The position numbers and the translations under genes were made by a program. Positions 58,570-64,000 of a DNA stretch of 64,000 nt are shown here, piece after piece. The stretch's first letter is position 1; each line of letters begins with the position of its first letter. Source of the DNA: a virus; the IMG/VR virus record IMGVR_UViG_3300027963_000041, positions 32,001 through 96,000 of that record. One strand, given 5' to 3'. The notes beneath the pieces were generated by a model. That model was not told the origin of the DNA. It worked only from the letters and a program-made list of their open reading frames with translations, and searched no databases.

Positions 58570-58577
58570 TATAAATA
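58570..58577 (+). promoter_or_regulatory. T4 late promoter
   Basis: Exact TATAAATA before the prohead core genes. Confidence 0.8.
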
Positions 58578-58596
58578 CTAACAAAGAGGAGTTATT

Positions 58597-58815
58597 ATGA
58601 GTGAACACATTCAAGCGGCAATAGATGCCGCATTAAACGCGAAACCTACAGATTTTAAAGACAGCATTTACAATGCAATTCAGCAAAAAGTAGATGACGT
58701 AATGTTCTTGAAAAAAATGCAGGTTGCTAACCAGATTTTCAATAACCAAGAAGAATCATCAACAAACGATTCGGAATTAAGTCCAGAAGAGGAAAATATA
58801 GATGAAGACCTTTAA
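58597..58815 (+). CDS. Prohead core protein, gp67-like
   Basis: Small, acidic-tailed, positioned between the portal and gp21. Confidence 0.55.
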   Translation: MSEHIQAAIDAALNAKPTDFKDSIYNAIQQKVDDVMFLKKMQVANQIFNNQEESSTNDSELSPEEENIDEDL

Positions 58816-59182
58816 AAGTTTTCTTTTTAGTCTAGACGAAGTTAAGACCGTTGGTCTTAAAAATAAACTCGCTAAGACTACTTACATGGCACAAATGAAG
58901 GACCCTGGAGACCTTGAGGATGTAGGTCCTGAAGAGGTTGGTCCAGCGAGCGTTAAATCTGGTAGCGGTAAAAGACCTGCGGACAGACTTGACAACAAGC
59001 AAGCATTTGGCGAAGAAGCATACGCAACTATCAAAGCAAAAGTAAAAGAAGAAAAAGATCAAGACGCTTTGATTGCATTGTACGATTCACTTACAGAAGA
59101 AAATCAAAAAATCTTTTTAGAAAATTTTCAAAAAGATTCAGATAAAATTCTTCAGTTTGCTCTCTCATTAGTCGAGGAGTAA
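58802..59182 (+). CDS. Prohead core/internal protein (gp68-position hypothetical)
   Basis: MKTFKSF..SLDE N-terminus; LYDSL.EENQ.IF. Confidence 0.55.
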   Translation: MKTFKSFLFSLDEVKTVGLKNKLAKTTYMAQMKDPGDLEDVGPEEVGPASVKSGSGKRPADRLDNKQAFGEEAYATIKAKVKEEKDQDALIALYDSLTEENQKIFLENFQKDSDKILQFALSLVEE

Positions 59183-59186
59183 TTAA

Positions 59187-59636
59187 ATGGCTGATACAGT
59201 AACCTCACAAAAATTAAAAGACCATGCAACAGCATGGGCGTACAAGTTTACAAATGAATCTGATGGTACAGGTGAGACTAATGTTCTCAAGGTTGATGTA
59301 TCAGGTTTAACTGCCGCGGCAAATAGCGCACTTACTAATCAGAGAGTAAACATTAATAAAATTACTTGGTCGATTGCAGGCGCAAATACCAAAGTAAAAC
59401 TCATGTGGTCTGGCGATGCACCAAACACAATTGTCTATCTATCAGGCACAGGTACAATGGACCTTGCAACAAACTTAAATGCACCAATTACAAATAATAT
59501 TGCAAACACAATCGGCGATATTTACTTGTCAACATTTGGACATGTTGCAGGTGCTGGTTATACAGTCATTGTCGAAGGCAAGAAAACCGCAGGCTTCACA
59601 AGCCGCGAGACAACAGACGATGGAGAGTCCCCATGA
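59187..59636 (+). CDS. Conserved head-cluster hypothetical protein
   Basis: MAD.VTSQ.L.D, K.TN.SDGTGE..V.KVD.S.L pattern, found before gp21 in non-enteric T4-likes. Confidence 0.65.
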   Translation: MADTVTSQKLKDHATAWAYKFTNESDGTGETNVLKVDVSGLTAAANSALTNQRVNINKITWSIAGANTKVKLMWSGDAPNTIVYLSGTGTMDLATNLNAPITNNIANTIGDIYLSTFGHVAGAGYTVIVEGKKTAGFTSRETTDDGESP

Positions 59637-60283
59637 GATTAATTTCAGAAATTAACGAAGAAGTTAAATTCATTACCGAGGCTACAGAAGCCGGTAAGAA
59701 AGAACTTTTTATTGAAGGTATCTTCATGATGGCTGAAGAGCCAAATCGTAACAAACGAATCTATCCAATGGAAATTTTGAAGCGCGAAGCAAATCGTTAC
59801 ATTAACGAGTATGTTAATAAAAGTCGTGCATATGGTGAACTAGGACATCCAGAAGGTCCTACAATCAATTTAGAACGTGTCTCACACATGATTAAAGAGT
59901 TGCGCCAAGATGGTAATAATTTTATCGGCAAAGCAAAGATCATGGACACACCATATGGTAACATCGTAAAAAATCTAGTTGGTGAAGGTGCATCACTTGG
60001 TGTATCTACAAGAGGACTTGGTTCTCTCACACAAACTAAAGAGGGTTACAATGTTGTGCAAGACGATTTTTATCTTGCAACAGCCGCAGATATTGTAGCG
60101 GACCCATCAGCACCGAACGCATTTGTACATGGTATCATGGAAAACAAAGAATGGGTATTTGTAAACGGTCGCTGGACAGAACAACATATTGAAGAATCAA
60201 AAACAGCAATTAAGAAGGCTAGTTCGAAAGATTTAGATAAAATCAAAATCAAAATTTTCGAAAACTTCATTAATAAACTGTAA
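59633..60283 (+). CDS. gp21: Prohead protease gp21
   Basis: IEGIF, NRN.R.YP, GELGHP.GP..NL.RVSH, GVS.RG.GSL, DIVADPSAP.AFV. Confidence 0.96.
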   Translation: MRLISEINEEVKFITEATEAGKKELFIEGIFMMAEEPNRNKRIYPMEILKREANRYINEYVNKSRAYGELGHPEGPTINLERVSHMIKELRQDGNNFIGKAKIMDTPYGNIVKNLVGEGASLGVSTRGLGSLTQTKEGYNVVQDDFYLATAADIVADPSAPNAFVHGIMENKEWVFVNGRWTEQHIEESKTAIKKASSKDLDKIKIKIFENFINKL

Positions 60284-60289
60284 AAATAT

Positions 60290-60297
60290 TATAAATA
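60290..60297 (+). promoter_or_regulatory. T4 late promoter for gp22
   Basis: Exact TATAAATA. Confidence 0.85.
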
Positions 60298-60336
60298 GAT
60301 ACTAGAAACCTCAAATACTCAAAAGGAGAGAGCATC

Positions 60337-61251
60337 ATGACAGAACAAGTAAAAGACAAGGTCGAAGACCTTGAAAAGAAAAACTTAGAAGAAGGTGAGA
60401 TGCCTGCCGCTCTGAAAGCCTATATCGATAAAAAAGGTAAAAAAGGCGAAAAAGAGAAAGAAGATGACGCAGAGGACGATGATGGCGAAGACAACAAGGA
60501 AGTAAAAGAAAAAAAAGCAAAAATGAAAGAAGACATTGACGCTATTTTTTCTGGTGAAGAACTTTCTGAAGAATTCAAAACCAACGCCAAAGCAATCTTT
60601 GAAGCAGCCGTAGCATCCCGCATTTCAGAAATTGAAACAGACCTTCAGGAACAATTTGATACCAAACTTAACGAACAGGTAGGCGAAATTGTTTCAGGTA
60701 TCGTTGACAAAGTTGACGAATATTTGGAATATGTTGTTGCTGAGTGGACAGAAGAACACAAAGTTGGTATTGAGAAAAATCTAAAAGCAGAAGTTACCGA
60801 AGACTTTATGGTAGGTCTAAAGAATCTATTCGTTGAAAACTACATTGACATTCCAGAAGACAAAGTAGACTTAGTAGACGAAATGACAAAGAAACTGCAA
60901 GACGCAGAAACCGATTTAGATAAAAAAATCACAGAAAATGCTGATTTAGTTGCAGAATTGAATTCTTATAAGAAAGACCAGGCTATTCACACAGTAACAG
61001 AAGGATTGTCTGAAATTCAAATTGCAAAATTAAAATCACTTGCAGAAAATATTGAATTCATTTCTGAACAAGATTACAAAAACAAACTTACTCTTACAAA
61101 GAAAAAGTACTTTGAATCTAAAGAAACTGAAAAAACCGCTGTTTCTGAGTCAAAGAAAGATTTAGATTCTGCTGATTCTGAATTGGAAGAATCGTTTACC
61201 CCTATCATGGAACACTATGTGAAGAATATTTCCAAGATAGTGAAAAGATAA
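60337..61251 (+). CDS. gp22: Prohead scaffold gp22
   Basis: LSEEFK..A..IFEAAV, VD.YL.YV..EW, GLK.LF.E.YID.PE.K. Confidence 0.93.
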   Translation: MTEQVKDKVEDLEKKNLEEGEMPAALKAYIDKKGKKGEKEKEDDAEDDDGEDNKEVKEKKAKMKEDIDAIFSGEELSEEFKTNAKAIFEAAVASRISEIETDLQEQFDTKLNEQVGEIVSGIVDKVDEYLEYVVAEWTEEHKVGIEKNLKAEVTEDFMVGLKNLFVENYIDIPEDKVDLVDEMTKKLQDAETDLDKKITENADLVAELNSYKKDQAIHTVTEGLSEIQIAKLKSLAENIEFISEQDYKNKLTLTKKKYFESKETEKTAVSESKKDLDSADSELEESFTPIMEHYVKNISKIVKR

Positions 61252-61256
61252 GAAAT

Positions 61257-61264
61257 TATAAATA
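61257..61264 (+). promoter_or_regulatory. T4 late promoter for gp23
   Basis: Exact TATAAATA. Confidence 0.85.
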
Positions 61265-61300
61265 ACATCAGAGTTTATCAAATACTCAAAGGAGAAAAAT

Positions 61301-62623
61301 ATGTCAGACGCATTACTTAAAAAATGGGCACCCGTTCTTGATCACTCAGAACTTCCAGCGATCAAGGATTCCCACAGACGCGCAGTTGTAGCACAACTTC
61401 TTGAGAACCAAGAATTAGATGGTCGCTCGAATTCCTCAGCAGGCTATCGTAATCCTACTAGCCTTCTTAACGAAGATGCACCAACTAACGCAATGGGCGC
61501 TTCATCTTCAACCGCAGGCGATGGTAACATCGACCTTTACGATCCAGTACTTATCAGCCTAGTACGCCGTGCGGCACCTAATCTTATCGCTTACGATATT
61601 TGCGGTGTTCAGCCAATGACAGGACCAACTGGTCTTATTTTTGCTATGCGCTCACGTTACTCAGGTCAGAACGGTACTGAAGCGTTGTTCAACGAAGCAA
61701 ACACTGGCTTCTCTGGCACCGTAGGCGATCAAACCGGCGCAACAGCCGCACTTGCAAACGCAACCAACTACACAGTTCAGACTGGTATGACTACAGCGAT
61801 CGCTGAAGGTCTTGGCGGTGGCGGTTCAAACGCGGATTTCAACGAGATGGCATTCAGCATCGAAAAGATTTCCGTTGTTGCTAAGAGCCGTGCGCTAAAA
61901 GCAGAATACACAATGGAACTTGCACAAGACTTGAAAGCAGTTCATGGTCTTGATGCAGAGCAAGAACTTGCTAACATTCTTTCAACAGAAATTCTTGCAG
62001 AAATTAACCGCGAAGTAGTTCGTCAAGTTAACATCTCTGCAACAGTAGGCGCACAAGAAAACGTGGCAACTGCTGGTACTTTCGACCTTGACGTTGACGC
62101 TAACGGTCGTTGGTCAGTTGAAAAATTCAAAGGCTTGATGTTCCAATTGGAGCGTGAGTCTAACGCAATTGCTAAGGCAACTCGCCGTGGTAAAGGCAAT
62201 GTGATGATCTGTTCTTCAGACGTTGCATCAGCACTTCAAATGGCTGGCGTTCTAGATTACACACCAGCACTTGCATCTAACAACCTACAAGTTGATGACA
62301 CAGGCAACACATTCGCAGGTGTTCTAAACGGTCGTATCAAGGTTTACATTGACCCATACTTCGCATCTTCATCTGGCGTACACTACGCAACTATCGGCTA
62401 CAAGGGCACTTCAGCATTTGACGCTGGCTTGTTCTACTGCCCATACGTTCCTCTACAGATGGTTCGTGCAGTTGGTCAAGATTCATTCCAGCCACGTATC
62501 GGATTTAAGACCCGTTACGGCATGGTAGCGAACCCATTCGCAACTTCTGCGGCTGACGGTGTAATCAACTTTACAAACAAGAACATCTACTATCGTAGAT
62601 TCGCGATCACAAACTTGATGTAA
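61301..62623 (+). CDS. gp23: Major capsid protein gp23
   Basis: KW.PVL, LLENQE, DICGVQPMTGPTGLIFAMR, SRALKAEY..ELAQDLKA.HGLDAE, FYCPYVPL. Confidence 0.98.
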   Translation: MSDALLKKWAPVLDHSELPAIKDSHRRAVVAQLLENQELDGRSNSSAGYRNPTSLLNEDAPTNAMGASSSTAGDGNIDLYDPVLISLVRRAAPNLIAYDICGVQPMTGPTGLIFAMRSRYSGQNGTEALFNEANTGFSGTVGDQTGATAALANATNYTVQTGMTTAIAEGLGGGGSNADFNEMAFSIEKISVVAKSRALKAEYTMELAQDLKAVHGLDAEQELANILSTEILAEINREVVRQVNISATVGAQENVATAGTFDLDVDANGRWSVEKFKGLMFQLERESNAIAKATRRGKGNVMICSSDVASALQMAGVLDYTPALASNNLQVDDTGNTFAGVLNGRIKVYIDPYFASSSGVHYATIGYKGTSAFDAGLFYCPYVPLQMVRAVGQDSFQPRIGFKTRYGMVANPFATSAADGVINFTNKNIYYRRFAITNLM

Positions 62624-62650
62624 TCATTAAGCCGGCACAGATCGGATTTG

Positions 62651-62678
62651 AGAGGGACCTTCGGGTCCCTCTTTTTTT
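62651..62678 (+). terminator. Rho-independent terminator after gp23 (cUUCGg tetraloop)
   Basis: AGAGGGACC-TTCG-GGTCCCTCT followed by a T run. Confidence 0.93.
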
Positions 62679-62682
62679 GTCT

Positions 62683-62690
62683 TATAAATA
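62683..62690 (+). promoter_or_regulatory. T4 late promoter for gp3
   Basis: Exact TATAAATA just after the terminator. Confidence 0.85.
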
Positions 62691-62713
62691 TATGATGACA
62701 ATAAGGCACAAAT

Positions 62714-63229
62714 ATGGCAACGTATAATCAAACACCTACCAACAAAAGTTTTCTTTCGAATAACAAGTATGAATTTGTTATTCAAAGACTGCCTCACGTT
62801 ACATTTTTTATACAGTCTGTTGTAATACCGGACGTATCACTTGTTGGAACACAGGTTCCATCTCCATATGTTTCTGTACCAATTCCAGGTAACATTCTAA
62901 CCTATGGTGAATTGCAAGTCACTTACATCATGGATGAAGACATGCAATCATGGCGTGAAATATATGACTGGATGTACAATCTAGGTAATCCAGAATCAAA
63001 AAATAAAATAGGTGATCTTACGCAAACTCCAGGTAGACGCAATAGCGTTACCTCTGATGCATCATTGTTAGTTAAATCAAACTCAAACAACCCTCGCGTA
63101 AAATTTACCTTTAAAGATATGTTTCCTACCACTCTTGGTGGAGTTACATTGTCTAGCGCAGAAGGGCAAGAATTTATTACATCAACTATTTCTTTTATAT
63201 ACAGTCATTACACAGTAGATTCGATTTGA
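62714..63229 (+). CDS. gp3: Tail tube terminator gp3
   Basis: N.SFLS...F...RLP.V.FF.Q...IP, PG....Y..L......DED...W.EIY.W, F...FP..L. Confidence 0.88.
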   Translation: MATYNQTPTNKSFLSNNKYEFVIQRLPHVTFFIQSVVIPDVSLVGTQVPSPYVSVPIPGNILTYGELQVTYIMDEDMQSWREIYDWMYNLGNPESKNKIGDLTQTPGRRNSVTSDASLLVKSNSNNPRVKFTFKDMFPTTLGGVTLSSAEGQEFITSTISFIYSHYTVDSI

Positions 63230-63254
63230 CATTTATATCAGTTTGTGTTATTAT
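63226..63254 (+). promoter_or_regulatory. sigma70-type promoter for uvsY-uvsW
   Basis: TTGACA-17 nt-TATTAT with TGn extension. Confidence 0.65.
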
Positions 63255-63283
63255 GATATGTAATTGGATCCATATGGAGGAGT

Positions 63284-63724
63284 GTGATGACGTTAGATCA
63301 ATTGATGGAAGAATGGAAGAAAGATGCGCCAGTAGATTCTACTGAGTTAGCCATTGCTTCACTTAAAATACCAGAACTGCATAGTAAGTACCTCAAAATT
63401 TATTTTGAAGAAAGACGCAAACTCAAAGGTTTAGAGTTTCAGTCTAAGGAATTGTTTTTGAAGAAATATGAATATTATAACGGACGTATATCTGAAGAAG
63501 AGTTAGAACAACTTGGTTGGGAACCTTTTATGAAACGTCTAATGAAAAATGAAATTGACATGTATATTGATTCTGACAAGGAAATTATTGAGAAGAATAT
63601 GAGAATCGTCATGCAAAAGGAAAAACTAGATTTCCTTGAAGAGGTGATCAAGAATCTCAATCAAAGAAACTTTCAAATTAAGAATGCAATTGAATGGAGA
63701 AAGTTTACTCAAGGTGTCGCATAA
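63284..63724 (+). CDS. uvsY: Recombination mediator UvsY
   Basis: W.KD...D...L...SL.IP.LHSKY, YY.G, YI..D, R.FQIKNAIEW.KF. Confidence 0.93.
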   Translation: MMTLDQLMEEWKKDAPVDSTELAIASLKIPELHSKYLKIYFEERRKLKGLEFQSKELFLKKYEYYNGRISEEELEQLGWEPFMKRLMKNEIDMYIDSDKEIIEKNMRIVMQKEKLDFLEEVIKNLNQRNFQIKNAIEWRKFTQGVA

Positions 63725-64000
63725 CTCTATCACTATATCTAAGGTAAATGAAGTATATGCTAAGATACATTGCGAACGTGGAGAAGCAATGGAACTTAGC
63801 GAGTACTTCACCTTTTACGTTCCCGGTTATAAATTTATGCCTGCATTCAGGAATAAAATCTGGGACGGAAAGATTCGCCTATTCAATACACAAAACCATA
63901 CCATCTATTATGGCTTAATGCCGTACATAGAAAAGTTTTGTCATGAACGCGAGTACCTTATAGAATATGATGCATCAGTTGATCTTGCAGATGAATTTTC
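63714..64000 (+). CDS. uvsW: DNA helicase UvsW, N-terminal part (runs off the window)
   Basis: GTG 63714 gives KVNEVY...ELSEYFTFYVPGYKFMPAFRNKIWDGKIRLF, translated by hand. Confidence 0.92.
   Translation, partial: MSHNSITISKVNEVYAKIHCERGEAMELSEYFTFYVPGYKFMPAFRNKIWDGKIRLFNTQNHTIYYGLMPYIEKFCHEREYLIEYDASVDLADEF

Noticed and set aside
1-64000. Stop-codon reassignment, tRNA genes, introns or inteins
   Set aside because: Core genes are full length in the standard code and end in TAA, TGA or TAG; intergenic gaps are short with no cloverleaf seen; gp17, gp20 and gp23 are uninterrupted

Overview
This window is a 64-kb segment of a T4-like (Tevenvirinae-related, non-enteric cyanophage/pelagiphage-type gene order) myophage genome, read in the standard genetic code. 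It starts with the end of a sugar-modification cluster, a SleB-type cell-wall hydrolase and gp33-gp59-gp32. The near-complete virion morphogenesis region follows: baseplate hub/wedge (gp29-like 2272 aa, gp51, gp26, gp54, gp2, gp4, gp48, gp53, gp27, gp5, gp25, gp6, gp7, gp8, VrlC-like), fibres, neck/terminase/tail (gp13-gp19, two tube paralogues) and head (gp20-gp23). It ends in gp3, uvsY and the start of uvsW. T4 late promoters (TATAAATA), sigma70-type promoters and intrinsic terminators are visible. The best candidate for an undescribed system is the 9-kb accessory island at 36.6-45.7 kb. It holds two tandem Ig/repeat-domain paralogues, a coiled-coil protein, two small paralogues and a degenerate oxygenase, which face a convergent operon of a U32-type Fe-S/methyltransferase fusion and 2OG-Fe(II) oxygenases. 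Other unusual points are a circularly permuted cupredoxin-like domain in gp7, a short gp5 with a membrane-anchor-like tail, and a mosaic tape-measure-like protein. There is also an antisense sigma70 promoter facing a late promoter, a terminator/antiterminator switch before the portal gene, and strong AGCT and GCWGC avoidance. All product calls come from recognised motifs and gene order; no database searches were run.
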